Counted from the stretch's first letter, positions 49,365-58,913 are shown. The stretch is 64,000 nucleotides of DNA from Clostridia bacterium (GCA_017430225.1 JAFRNK010000026.1:11956-75955); one strand, 5' to 3'. The notes: generated by a model not told the origin, from the sequence alone. Translations and numbers: made by a program.

Positions 49365-50630
49365 ATGAAACGGTTGTTGGTATTGGTTTTGTGTCTAGTA
49401 CTGGCCCTGACCGCCGTATCCGCACAGGCGGTATCCCTGGCCCAGATCGTCGGCCGCTGGTATTTTGTCAGCATGGACGGCAGAGGGCTGGGCGGAGAGA
49501 ATTATATCGAGTTCAACCGCAACAAAAGCGTGACGCTGATCATCAACGGACAGCCCCAGGATTTGTCCGCGTACGAATGGAAGCTTTATAACGAGGATAC
49601 CGTGGAAGTCCTCCCCGGAGGCGACAAATACGCGCCGGCCTATCTGCGTTTCGACGTCACGGACGCCGGCCTCTCCCTGACCACGGACAATCTGGCCGCG
49701 CTGAGCGGGAATGCTTTCTATCCGACTTTCACCCTCTCACGGGAAAAGGCCGAATACCATACCCCAGCCGCTGTGAGCGCCGCCGTGGAAGAGGAATTCT
49801 TCGGTGATTACATGGCCTACCTGGCGATTTCAAACGGCCAGTACGTCCCGCTGGATTCCAGCGACTACGGCATTGAGATCGTGGAATTCGTCGCGAACGT
49901 AACGGGCGACGGCCAGACGACCGAATACCTGACCAACTTCGAAGACGGCAAGCTGATCGTCTATGCCGACGAGGACACCATCGTCTCCCGGACCGAGGAC
50001 CCGGACGTGCTGCTCATGTACGCCGCGGCGACGCCGGACAGCCGGGTCTACGCCCGCCGCAAAGGTGCCGCAGAACCCGAACCTGTGCCCCAGGCGACCG
50101 CTGAACCGGCTGCGCCTGCCGTGACGGAAGAGCCGGCTGCCCCCACGCCGGCGCCCATTGCACAGCCCATACTGCCAACACTGATCCCTGCAGCGCCTGC
50201 TCCCGTACTGCCGACAGCGGCCCCTGTTGCTCCGGCGCCTCAGCCTGCCGAGCCCGCGAAGCCGGTCTTCCCCGGCCTGATCATGCCCGGCGCCTCAGCG
50301 CCTGCGGCGGAAAGCGCGCCTGTATCCGCGTTCTTCGGCAGCTATATCGTATATCAGGATAAGCTGGCCAACGGCCGTGTGCTCGACATGACCGCCTATG
50401 GCCTCAAGGCGTCCATCGATGCCGACGGCGTGCACGCCACTGTTTACGGCCGCAGCGTGACCGTGCCCTTCAACTACGAAGGCGGCAAAATGACCGCTGA
50501 CATCAGCGCGGTATCGCCGGATTACGGCTTCGCCACCGCCACGCTCGGCGATAACGGCGAACTGGTCGTGACCCTCGCCGATGCGACGGGCTATGTAGCG
50601 GAGACGCTTTACCTCAGGCAAGAGAATTAA
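49365..50630 (+). CDS. secreted hypothetical protein with a long Pro/Ala-rich linker
   Basis: ATG at 49365 after AAGGAGGA; signal MKRLLVLVLCLVLALTAVSAQA. Linker of about 90 aa rich in PA/PV separates two globular parts. Confidence 0.65.
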   Translation: MKRLLVLVLCLVLALTAVSAQAVSLAQIVGRWYFVSMDGRGLGGENYIEFNRNKSVTLIINGQPQDLSAYEWKLYNEDTVEVLPGGDKYAPAYLRFDVTDAGLSLTTDNLAALSGNAFYPTFTLSREKAEYHTPAAVSAAVEEEFFGDYMAYLAISNGQYVPLDSSDYGIEIVEFVANVTGDGQTTEYLTNFEDGKLIVYADEDTIVSRTEDPDVLLMYAAATPDSRVYARRKGAAEPEPVPQATAEPAAPAVTEEPAAPTPAPIAQPILPTLIPAAPAPVLPTAAPVAPAPQPAEPAKPVFPGLIMPGASAPAAESAPVSAFFGSYIVYQDKLANGRVLDMTAYGLKASIDADGVHATVYGRSVTVPFNYEGGKMTADISAVSPDYGFATATLGDNGELVVTLADATGYVAETLYLRQEN

Positions 50631-50647
50631 AGAAAGGAATAGAGCAC

Positions 50648-50734
50648 AAAGCATAAGGCATAAGTATTAGTCAGTCATCCGGCCCAATCATGAATATCAT
50701 CAACCAAAATTGACCTATGCATTATGCCTTCTGC
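50648..50734 (+). repeat. GCATAAGG-word palindromic element, copy B (terminator position)
   Basis: AAAGCATAAGGCATAAG (50648-64) versus CTATGCATTATGCCTTCTGCC (50714-34), followed by a T-rich tract TTCAGATTTCTTCCTTTTTC. Confidence 0.65.
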
Positions 50735-50812
50735 CTTCAGATTTCTTCCTTTTTCTCCCTTATGTTTGTCTGTTTTGTTTGCTTTCCTTTTGTTTTTTCA
50801 TCCTGGCGATTA

Positions 50813-50841
50813 TTTACGGCAGGTGCCCCCTGTGATATATT
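50813..50841 (+). promoter_or_regulatory. candidate paaK promoter (extended -10)
   Basis: TTTACG (50813-18), a 17-nt spacer, TG-A-TATATT (TATATT at 50836-41). Inverted repeat CCCCTGTG..CACAGGGG spans the -10 and the TSS. Confidence 0.45.
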
Positions 50842-50911
50842 AGCGTAACGCGATTGTGTACACAGGGGAAAACTTCCCCGCGTTATCGCTGAAAGAAAGG
50901 GATGATTGCGC

Positions 50912-52213
50912 ATGGAACGTTATTATCAGCCGGAAATCGAAACGGCTTCCAGAGAACAGATCAAAGCCTGGCAGGATGAGCGCCTGGTCAAGCAGGTGCG
51001 GCACGTATGGGACAATGTGCCCTACTATCGCAAAAAAATGGAAGAAAAGGACCTGACGCCCGACGACATCAAGGGCAGGGACGACCTGAAGAAACTGCCT
51101 TTCCTGAGCAAGGCCGACCTGCGCGATGCTTATCCCTACGGCCTCCTGGGCATGCCGCTCAAGGAGTGCGTGCGCATCCAGTCCACTTCCGGCACCACCG
51201 GCAAACGCGTGGTCGCTTTCTACACCCAGCACGACATCGACCTGTGGGAAGACTGCTGTGCCCGCGCCATCACCGCTGCCGGCGGCACGAACGAGGACGT
51301 CTGCCAGATTTCCTACGGCTACGGCCTCTTCACCGGCGGCCCGGGCCTGAACGGCGGCAGCCATAAGGTCGGTTGCCTGACCGTGCCGACCTCTTCCGGC
51401 AACACCGAGCGCCAGATCATGTTCATCCGCGACCTGAGCGCGACCATCCTGTGCTGCACGCCTTCCTACGCCGCCTATCTCGGCGAGACGATGAAGGAAA
51501 TGGGCATGACCCCTGACCAGATCCCGCTGAAGGCCGGCATTTTCGGCGCGGAAGCCTGGTCTGAGGAGATGCGGCAGGACATCCAGAACACGCTGGGCAT
51601 CAAAGCCTACGATATTTACGGCCTGACCGAGGTTTCCGGCCCTGGTGTAGCCTTCGAGTGCTCCGCGCAGAACGGCATGCACATCAACGAGGACCATTTC
51701 ATCGCCGAGGTCATCGATCCCGAGACCGGCGAACCGCTGCCTGACGGCGAGCAGGGCGAACTGGTTTTCTCTTCCATCACAAAGGAAGCATTCCCGCTGC
51801 TGCGCTACCGCACGCGTGACATCTGCGTGCTGAGCCACGAAAAATGCAGCTGCGGCCGCACGCACGTGAAGATGAGCAAGCCGCGCGGACGCACGGACGA
51901 TATGCTCATCATCCGCGGCGTGAACGTGTTCCCGTCCCAGATCGAGACCGTGCTCATCAACCAGGGCTATCCGGCCAACTACCAGATCATCGTGGACCGC
52001 GTGCGCAACACCGACACGCTGGACATCCAGGTAGAGATGACGCCCGAAATGTTCACCGACAACATGGGCGAGATCACCAGCCGCCAGAAGGCGCTGGTCG
52101 ACGGCCTGCGCGCGATGCTGGGCCTGACCGCCAAGGTCACGCTCGTCGCGCCCAAGACCATCGTCCGCAGCGAAGGCAAGGCTGTGCGCGTGATCGACAA
52201 ACGTAAGATTTAA
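50912..52213 (+). CDS. paaK: phenylacetate--CoA ligase
   Basis: MERYYQPEIETASREQIKAWQDERLVKQV, VRIQSTSGTTGKRVV and GRTDDMLIIRGVNVFPSQIE are typical of PaaK. ATG at 50912 preferred over the TTG at 50906. Confidence 0.9.
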   Translation: MERYYQPEIETASREQIKAWQDERLVKQVRHVWDNVPYYRKKMEEKDLTPDDIKGRDDLKKLPFLSKADLRDAYPYGLLGMPLKECVRIQSTSGTTGKRVVAFYTQHDIDLWEDCCARAITAAGGTNEDVCQISYGYGLFTGGPGLNGGSHKVGCLTVPTSSGNTERQIMFIRDLSATILCCTPSYAAYLGETMKEMGMTPDQIPLKAGIFGAEAWSEEMRQDIQNTLGIKAYDIYGLTEVSGPGVAFECSAQNGMHINEDHFIAEVIDPETGEPLPDGEQGELVFSSITKEAFPLLRYRTRDICVLSHEKCSCGRTHVKMSKPRGRTDDMLIIRGVNVFPSQIETVLINQGYPANYQIIVDRVRNTDTLDIQVEMTPEMFTDNMGEITSRQKALVDGLRAMLGLTAKVTLVAPKTIVRSEGKAVRVIDKRKI

Positions 52214-52229
52214 TAAAGGAGGGCAAGGC

Positions 52230-52655
52230 ATGAGCGTCAAACAGATTTCCGTATTCCTTGAGAACAAGCCCGGCGCCCTGTGCGAGCTGACCAGCGTCCT
52301 GGCGGAGAATAATATCGACATGCGCGCCTTCTCCGTGGCAGAAGCCAGCGATTTCGGCATCGCTCGCATCATCGTGGACGACGTCTACAAGACGACCACC
52401 GTCCTGCGCGAGAAGGGCTTTGTTCACAGCGTCTCCCCCGTCCTGGCCGTGGCGCTGTCCGATACCCCCGGCGGCCTGAACGAGATCCTGAAATCCCTTT
52501 CCGCCGAAAAAGTCAATGTGGAATACATGTATGCTTTCCTGGGCAATACCCCCGGAAAAGCCTACATGGTCTTCAAAGTACATGAACCCGTCGCTGCCGC
52601 CGCCGCGCTTTCCAAGCACGGCATCATGCCGCTCGATGAGCTGAACGTCGAATAA
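52230..52655 (+). CDS. ACT domain-containing protein (PaaK-associated type)
   Basis: 141 aa starting MSVKQISVFLENKPGALCELTSVLAENNIDMRAF, with a second ACT-like half. Immediately downstream of paaK. Confidence 0.8.
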   Translation: MSVKQISVFLENKPGALCELTSVLAENNIDMRAFSVAEASDFGIARIIVDDVYKTTTVLREKGFVHSVSPVLAVALSDTPGGLNEILKSLSAEKVNVEYMYAFLGNTPGKAYMVFKVHEPVAAAAALSKHGIMPLDELNVE

Positions 52656-52657
52656 CC

Positions 52658-53578
52658 ATGCGCAGAAAACGTTCAGGATACAGCAAAATCGTAAAACCGA
52701 CCGTGCGATTCGGGGAGCGTCTGATTCAGGCGCTCCTGATCGCTCTTTTGGTTTCTGTCCTGAATACGTCGGCCTGCGCCAGCTACGATCTTCCCATTAA
52801 CCTGAGCGGCGGGCGCCCGCTGAGCGCCTCCGGCTTCGGCAAAGGCTGGGAGTATGAGGATCCCACCATTCACGTGACCGTCACACAGGACCGCGCCGGC
52901 GAATGCGATTACTGGGTCGCGGACATCGTCATCCAGGACGCGTCCCAGCTGCGGACAGCACCCGCGGATTCCTTCGATTCCGATATGAGGACCAGCGGCG
53001 AGCAGATGGCGCGCCGCGTCAACGCCGTCCTCGCGATCAACGGCGATTACTACTGCTATACCGGCATCGGCTTCATCATCCGGCAGGGCAGGGTGTACCT
53101 GAACACCCTCTGGGGCAACCGCGACGTGCTGGCCATCGACGAAGACGGGGATTTCCATACCTTCCCGCTGGCGAAAAAGGGCAGCCTGACGCCCAACCTC
53201 AACGGCAAGCGGATCATCAATACCTTCTTTTTCGGGCCGATCCTGGTCGAGAACGGCCGCAGGGTCGTCTACATCGACGGCGACGGCATGGCGCAGGACG
53301 AGCCGCGCCAGCGCATGGCTATCGCTCAGGTGGGGCCGCTGCATTACAAGTGCATCTGCTGCGCCACCCACGCCCGGGGCTCCATGGGCATGACGCTCAA
53401 GCAGTTCGCGAACCTGGTCGCGAAGCAGGGCGTACAGACCGCCTATAACCTGGACGGCGGCAATTCCTGCATGATGATGTTCGCCGGCGAGAAGATCAAC
53501 GACCCGAAGAACCCTGATACGCGGGACATCTGCGATATCATCTACTTCGCCTCCGCCTGGCCAGGAGAGGGCTCATGA
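52658..53578 (+). CDS. phosphodiester glycosidase family protein (DUF2233-like), signal-anchored
   Basis: 306 aa with AINGDYYCYTG and AYNLDGGNSCMMMF, signatures of this family. Confidence 0.75.
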   Translation: MRRKRSGYSKIVKPTVRFGERLIQALLIALLVSVLNTSACASYDLPINLSGGRPLSASGFGKGWEYEDPTIHVTVTQDRAGECDYWVADIVIQDASQLRTAPADSFDSDMRTSGEQMARRVNAVLAINGDYYCYTGIGFIIRQGRVYLNTLWGNRDVLAIDEDGDFHTFPLAKKGSLTPNLNGKRIINTFFFGPILVENGRRVVYIDGDGMAQDEPRQRMAIAQVGPLHYKCICCATHARGSMGMTLKQFANLVAKQGVQTAYNLDGGNSCMMMFAGEKINDPKNPDTRDICDIIYFASAWPGEGS

Positions 53579-54534
53579 GTTTTCCGGCTTCTTACTGTAT
53601 TTTCGTCTGCCTGTGCCTGATCGGCGCGGGCGGGCTTTTTGCGTTTTCCGCCGTCCGCCGGGGTCAACTGAAGGCCGCGCTCACCGGGTTTATGCTCGCG
53701 CTGCCGCTTGGATACGCCGCGGCAAAAGCCGGTTATTTATGTTTCCGGTTTCTGCCGCAGCTCGCCCGCTGGGGCGCTTCTGCCCTGGTATTGCCGCGGG
53801 TAGACAGCTTCTCCTTCGTATGCGGCTGCGCCGGTGTGACACTGGCCCTGACGCTCGGCGCACGGATGAACCGCGTCAAGGCCGGAGATATCCTGAATGC
53901 CTTCGCGCCGTACGGAGCTGCGCTGATCGCCTGTTTCCGAATGGCCGAACTCTGGCTCGGTACGCTCGGCGCAGGTGCACTGCTGCCGAACGGGCATTGG
54001 GCTGCCGGCACGTTTCTGGCGCTCCCCAACAGCTGGGGCGAATGGCACTGGGCCGTCTGTGTCCCGGAAGCAGCGTTCGCGCTCTTTTGCGCCGCGCTGG
54101 CGATGACGGTCTGGAAACGGCGGGATGACCGCTTTGCCCGGATGGTCCTGTGTCTTTGCTGCGGACAAATGCTTTTCGAACTCCTGCGCACCAACACGGC
54201 AAGCTGGCACTTTATCCGGACCGAACAGCTCTGGTGCACCGTGATGCTGGCCGCTTTTTCCGTCACCGCCCTGGTGCACAGCCGGCGCTGGCTGCCGCTG
54301 TGCCTGACGGTACTGCTGCTCGCTCTCAACGCTTATCTGCAGTTCGCCCTCGACAAGCCGGAACTGCTCACAGCCGTCCTGCCCGCATCCCTGCATCCGT
54401 GGACAGAGCAAAATATAAAGCCGGTCTGTTATACCGGCTTTATACTCACGTCCGTCGGGCTCTGGCTCGCGGCCCGTCAGTCGCTGAAAGGGATATACTC
54501 CCCAAGTTTGAACATCCGTACGATCACATCATAG
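53575..54534 (+). CDS. polytopic integral membrane protein, unknown function
   Basis: 319 aa with 7 or more hydrophobic helices. ATGA overlap with the upstream gene. Confidence 0.55.
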   Translation: MSFPASYCIFVCLCLIGAGGLFAFSAVRRGQLKAALTGFMLALPLGYAAAKAGYLCFRFLPQLARWGASALVLPRVDSFSFVCGCAGVTLALTLGARMNRVKAGDILNAFAPYGAALIACFRMAELWLGTLGAGALLPNGHWAAGTFLALPNSWGEWHWAVCVPEAAFALFCAALAMTVWKRRDDRFARMVLCLCCGQMLFELLRTNTASWHFIRTEQLWCTVMLAAFSVTALVHSRRWLPLCLTVLLLALNAYLQFALDKPELLTAVLPASLHPWTEQNIKPVCYTGFILTSVGLWLAARQSLKGIYSPSLNIRTITS

Positions 54535-55376
54535 CGCGGGTGCTCCCGCCAGCCGCCCGCTGTCGGGGACGCGCTGTCATTGATCAGCGTGTCCGGCAGC
54601 GCCCTTTGCAGCGCCGTGATTTTTACTTTGGGCAGGTCCGCGGCGACGCCCTGCTGATAGTACTGCGCGTGATTCAGCCACAGGCGTTCCAGGCCTTTCA
54701 GCCTGTACAGCGGCTGCACGTTTTCAATACAGTTATAGCAGATATTCAGGTCCTTCAGCGCGGTCAGACCGCGCAGGGGGCTCAAGTCGTGCACGCGGTT
54801 GCGGAACATTTCCAGGTACTCCAGGTGCTTGAGCGAGGCTACCGGCGATATGTCCGTGATCTGGTTCAGCGCGATGATCAATACCCGGAGTTCCGGCAGA
54901 TCATACAGGAAGTCGACCTTCGTGGCCGCGTTGTGCCCAATATCAAGCGCCCGCAGTTCCGTACAGAAGCGCAGTACTGACAGTTCCTCGTCCGTATGCT
55001 CGGTCGTGCGGTTGTTGTGCAGCGTCGAGAAGGCCGTCGCATCTGTACGTACGCGGTGCTCGTGATGGTCGTGCGAGGTGATGCGCAGCGTCCACCCGAA
55101 TTTGATGTCCGGGCAGGCGTCGTGCAGCGCGTTGGCCCGGCGCGCGGCAATCGGGGACTCGAACATGTCCACCCGCTTCAGGTTCGGGAACCGCCTGAGG
55201 AAGGCCGGCAGCCCGTCCCAGTCCGTGATGCGGACTTTTCCGAAATCGATGTATTCCGCGTCGGCGGGAAAGCTGGCGCGGCCTTCATAGCTGATCTGCG
55301 TGCCGGCAAACGCCAGCGGCGCCGCCAGGAGCAGCGCCGCCAGGACAATCGCCAGACGCCGGACAGAAATAGTCAT
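54477..55376 (-). CDS. secreted leucine-rich repeat (LRR) protein
   Basis: 299 aa with a signal peptide and about 22-residue LRRs (LRALDIGHN, LPELRVLIIALNQITDISPV, LKHLEYLEMFRNRVHDLSPL, LTALKDLNICYNCIENVQPL). Confidence 0.8.
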   Translation of the reverse strand: MTISVRRLAIVLAALLLAAPLAFAGTQISYEGRASFPADAEYIDFGKVRITDWDGLPAFLRRFPNLKRVDMFESPIAARRANALHDACPDIKFGWTLRITSHDHHEHRVRTDATAFSTLHNNRTTEHTDEELSVLRFCTELRALDIGHNAATKVDFLYDLPELRVLIIALNQITDISPVASLKHLEYLEMFRNRVHDLSPLRGLTALKDLNICYNCIENVQPLYRLKGLERLWLNHAQYYQQGVAADLPKVKITALQRALPDTLINDSASPTAGGWREHPRYDVIVRMFKLGEYIPFSD

Positions 55377-56308
55377 CAGTATTGGGACCTCTCCATTCTC
55401 AGGCCCGCTTCCTCAGGGTAGAAGAGCGGCACCAGGGTCGTGCCATAGGCGGAAGCCGTCACGTCAAAGGTCATTTCAAGCACGTGCGGGTTCACCTCGC
55501 CCTCCAGGCGGGATTCCTCGCCCAACACGAGCTCGGTCACGATGCTCCCGGAAGCGGCACGCAGATTCCCGTTCCCGTCCAGCGTGAAGGTCACGTCAGC
55601 GGTGCGCAGGTCGTAGCGGCTCGTCGTATTGGCGATCCCCAGCGCGATACTTCCGTGAGAATACAGGTTGCCGTTGATCCATGTACTGTCCGCGTCATAG
55701 TAGCCGTACGGGTTGATACCGCGCTTGATCGCCATCTGTACGCAGAGGTTGTACACCACGTTCATCAGGCCGGAAATATTCTCCCGGTTCAGGGTCAGCT
55801 TCACAGTTCTGCCCGTATGATTGTCGGTGACCACCGTGACCGCGTCCGCACCAAGGAGCCCCTCGGCCTGTCCGGCCATGATGCCCGCCAGTTCGACGAC
55901 CTGGTCCAGGAGCGGAGAACGCTGCACCAGCGTATTCTGCTCGCTGTCGTATCCCAGGCGGTAGGTGCCCGGTTTCAGCGTTTCCATGACGTAAAGCGTG
56001 TTCTCGTTCGCGATCACGGTAAAGCCGCTTTCGCGGTCCCCCGAGCCGTCCTTGCGGGGCGTAAAGAGCTGGTATTTCCAGCTGGAGTTATACCCGTCCT
56101 GCATGTATTCCGCCCGCACGCCTTTGAAACGCGTCCCATCCAGGGAGAACTCCGCCGTTCCCTTGAGCGTCACGTTGGACGTATCGAAGAGCAGCGTTTT
56201 CCCAGCGTCATAGATCGAACCGAGCACGCTGTCAGACATCGCCAGAGCGCTCACGGCCACCGCCAGGAGCGTCACCGCCGCCATGATCGCCAATCCGCGT
56301 TTTTTCAT
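55376..56308 (-). CDS. secreted hypothetical protein
   Basis: Start chosen at the ATG at 56308 (MKKRGLAIMAAVTLLAVAVSALA), 6 nt after AGGAGG; the ATG at 56311 is also possible. Its stop overlaps the LRR gene start by 1 nt. Confidence 0.6.
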   Translation of the reverse strand: MKKRGLAIMAAVTLLAVAVSALAMSDSVLGSIYDAGKTLLFDTSNVTLKGTAEFSLDGTRFKGVRAEYMQDGYNSSWKYQLFTPRKDGSGDRESGFTVIANENTLYVMETLKPGTYRLGYDSEQNTLVQRSPLLDQVVELAGIMAGQAEGLLGADAVTVVTDNHTGRTVKLTLNRENISGLMNVVYNLCVQMAIKRGINPYGYYDADSTWINGNLYSHGSIALGIANTTSRYDLRTADVTFTLDGNGNLRAASGSIVTELVLGEESRLEGEVNPHVLEMTFDVTASAYGTTLVPLFYPEEAGLRMERSQY

Positions 56309-56407
56309 CATATGCCTCCTGAAAAGAATGAATTGAGCCGTTTCAGCATTTCGTCTCACTGATTAAGACGGGACAGCCGGCCGTTTTATTCCCGCCGGCA
56401 GGAATTT

Positions 56408-57655
56408 TTACTGCCTTCCGGTAAAGTCGTACCGGTTCATGTCCCACAGCCCGTCCGTCACGGCGCCTTTCAGATAATAAGTAAAGACGGAGTTGGGCAG
56501 ATACTTTTCCCAGAACGCCATTCCACCCGCGTCCCCGAGTCCGCCGCGGGTCCCCGCGAAGTCCCGTACGCTGAGCTCGACGCCGAAATCAATCATCCGC
56601 TGCTTGTCCTCTTCCGGGATTTCAAGCCCTGCCACGGTTGCTGTCACCTTCCTGCGCACGACCTCTCGGTAGAACTCCTCGTCATACCGCCTGAAGTCCA
56701 GCAGGTCGGGGTTCGTTTCGCCCGTTTCCCTGGCCCAGCCTTCCACGTCCACCGGCACCGCCTCGTAAGTCTTCAGCTGGCCGCCGTCCAGTGTGATCAC
56801 CCCATAATAACAGGGCGACAGCACCATGGACGAGGTCACGATCTCCACGGTATCCTCCAGCGCCGTGATATGCTGCATGTGCGTATGCCCGCTCAGGTTC
56901 AGGCGCACGCCGTATTGCCGGTACAAAGCCTGGAGTTTCTGCGGCTGACTGATCATGACGCCCTGCGTGAAATACTTGTTGTGCGGCAGCAGGTTCTGGT
57001 GGCTCACACCGATCACGGTCACCCCGGCGGCCTGCGCCGCCTGCAGCTGTTCCTCAAGCCACGCGAGGGTTTCCGCCCGGACCAGCCCCGGCTTTCCGTT
57101 GGCGTTCACGTCCAGCATGACGGCCCAGACGTCTTCGCTGAGCTTCGAAACATAGCTGAGCGAGTTTACTTCCCGGCTGAGCGCACCGGCAAATCCGAAG
57201 GGTTCGTAGATTTCCAGGAATCCGCTGTTCGTCGCGGCAGGAAAGCCGATCACTCCGTTCGGGCCGAAGCTGTACGCCTGCCCGCCCACGTCGTGGTTGC
57301 CGGGCATCGTCAGCACCGGGATACTGGCGTCCGCCAGCTCTTTGAGCATCGCAGCGAACTCCTGATGGCTCACGGGCGCGCCGTTCAGCGTCAGGTCGCC
57401 GCTCAGGATCACCGCGTCCGGCCGCAGGCGCAGCATGTCCCGGACAAACGCCCTGCAGATCTGCGGTGAATAATGGATCGTCTTCCCGTCTGCCGCGTAC
57501 ACAGTGTTCATGAACCGCTCGCCGTAGTCCGTCAGCGACGGGGACAGATAGTGCATGTCCGTCGCCAGCACCACGGTCAGCCGCGCATCCTCCGCCACGG
57601 CGGCGCCGGCTGCCAGAAGAAGCAGCATGCAGGTCAATGCCAGGATCCTTTTCAT
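56408..57655 (-). CDS. secreted metallophosphoesterase (calcineurin-like)
   Basis: 415 aa with a signal peptide and the motifs TDMHY, SGDLTLNG, PGNHD, GHTHMQH. Confidence 0.85.
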   Translation of the reverse strand: MKRILALTCMLLLLAAGAAVAEDARLTVVLATDMHYLSPSLTDYGERFMNTVYAADGKTIHYSPQICRAFVRDMLRLRPDAVILSGDLTLNGAPVSHQEFAAMLKELADASIPVLTMPGNHDVGGQAYSFGPNGVIGFPAATNSGFLEIYEPFGFAGALSREVNSLSYVSKLSEDVWAVMLDVNANGKPGLVRAETLAWLEEQLQAAQAAGVTVIGVSHQNLLPHNKYFTQGVMISQPQKLQALYRQYGVRLNLSGHTHMQHITALEDTVEIVTSSMVLSPCYYGVITLDGGQLKTYEAVPVDVEGWARETGETNPDLLDFRRYDEEFYREVVRRKVTATVAGLEIPEEDKQRMIDFGVELSVRDFAGTRGGLGDAGGMAFWEKYLPNSVFTYYLKGAVTDGLWDMNRYDFTGRQ

Positions 57656-57678
57656 ACGTTCGCCCTCCTCACACTGGC

Positions 57679-57707
57679 ATTATACATTTGCCGCGACTGT
57701 CAGTCAA
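57679..57707 (-). promoter_or_regulatory. promoter of the metallophosphoesterase-secreted-LRR operon
   Basis: The minus strand reads TTGACT (57707-02), a 17-nt spacer, then TATAAT (57684-79). Confidence 0.75.
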
Positions 57708-57729
57708 TAAAGTTTGTTCGCCGATCACC

Positions 57730-57758
57730 TTGACATCGGCGGGACAAGCCGTTACAAT
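57730..57758 (+). promoter_or_regulatory. promoter of the GH88/105 gene (divergent from the previous one)
   Basis: TTGACA (57730-35), a 17-nt spacer, TACAAT (57753-58). Confidence 0.75.
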
Positions 57759-57788
57759 TCAATCAGCAACACAAAAGGAGTGAACAGT

Positions 57789-58880
57789 ATGGAACAGCTC
57801 AGGACGTTTGTAGACCAATATAAATCGCGCTGGCAGGACCATCAGGACCGCTGGGATTACGTGACCGGCTGCATGCTCAAGGGCCTCATCGACCTGTACC
57901 GCGCCGCCGGGAACCCCGCGGACAGGCAGTGGGTGCTCGATTACCTGGCGCGCTGTGTCACGGAAGACGGCACTATTTCCGGCTTCCCCACGGATAATTA
58001 CAATATCGACATGATCAACTGCGGCAAAGCGCTGTTTTTCGCCCTCGACGAGACAGGCGACGAGCGCTACCGCAAAGCCGCGGATTTCCTGCACGAACGG
58101 CTGCGCACGCACCCACGCTGCGCATCGGGCAATTACTGGCACAAAGATATCTACCCCGAGCAGATCTGGCTGGATGGCCTGTACATGGCCCAGCCTTTCC
58201 GCGCGGAGTACGACCGCCGCTTCCTCTCCGGCCTGGAAGCCGCCGACATCGCCAGGCAGTTCAAAAACGTGCGCGCTTACCTGTACGACAGCGATAAGCA
58301 CCTCTACCGCCACGCCTGCGACACGGCAAAAGCCCAGCCCTGGGCGGACAAAAAAACAGGCCAGTCAGCCAACTGCTGGCTGCGCGGAATGGGCTGGTAC
58401 CTGATGGCACTGGTCGACTGTGTGGACGCGATGGCCGAGCAGCTCTACGAGCACCGCCGCGCGCTGATGGATCTCTTCCTTGAAGCCGTCCGCGGCATCC
58501 TGCCCTACGCCGACCCGGAAACCGGACTGTTCTACCAGGTCATCGACCGTGCCGACGTGCCCGGCAACTATCTCGAAACCTCAGGCAGCGCGATGGTCGC
58601 CTACTCCGTCATGAAGGGCGTCCGCCTCGGCCTGCTGGATCCGGAACGTTACCTGGCGCCCGGCCTCAAGGCCTTCCGCAGCCTCGTCGGGCGAAAGCTC
58701 GTCTTGGGTCCAGACGGGCAGTGGCATCTGAACGACATCTGCATCACCGCAGGCCTAGGCCCCGGTGAAAAGCGCGACGGCAGCGTCGCCTATTACCTGG
58801 GCGAGCAGGTCGGTTCCGACGACGCGAAGGGCGTCGGCCCGCTCATGATGGCGTGGAGCGAATACATCAGACAAAAGTGA
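57789..58880 (+). CDS. glycoside hydrolase family 88/105 (unsaturated glucuronyl/rhamnogalacturonyl hydrolase-like)
   Basis: Start trimmed to the ATG at 57789 after AAAGGAG. RWDYVTGCMLKG and YWHKDIYPEQIWLDGLYMAQPF are typical of the YteR/UGL fold. Confidence 0.8.
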   Translation: MEQLRTFVDQYKSRWQDHQDRWDYVTGCMLKGLIDLYRAAGNPADRQWVLDYLARCVTEDGTISGFPTDNYNIDMINCGKALFFALDETGDERYRKAADFLHERLRTHPRCASGNYWHKDIYPEQIWLDGLYMAQPFRAEYDRRFLSGLEAADIARQFKNVRAYLYDSDKHLYRHACDTAKAQPWADKKTGQSANCWLRGMGWYLMALVDCVDAMAEQLYEHRRALMDLFLEAVRGILPYADPETGLFYQVIDRADVPGNYLETSGSAMVAYSVMKGVRLGLLDPERYLAPGLKAFRSLVGRKLVLGPDGQWHLNDICITAGLGPGEKRDGSVAYYLGEQVGSDDAKGVGPLMMAWSEYIRQK

Positions 58881-58913
58881 TCTGAACAGAAGCTTTCATA
58901 ATGGCATAATGTT

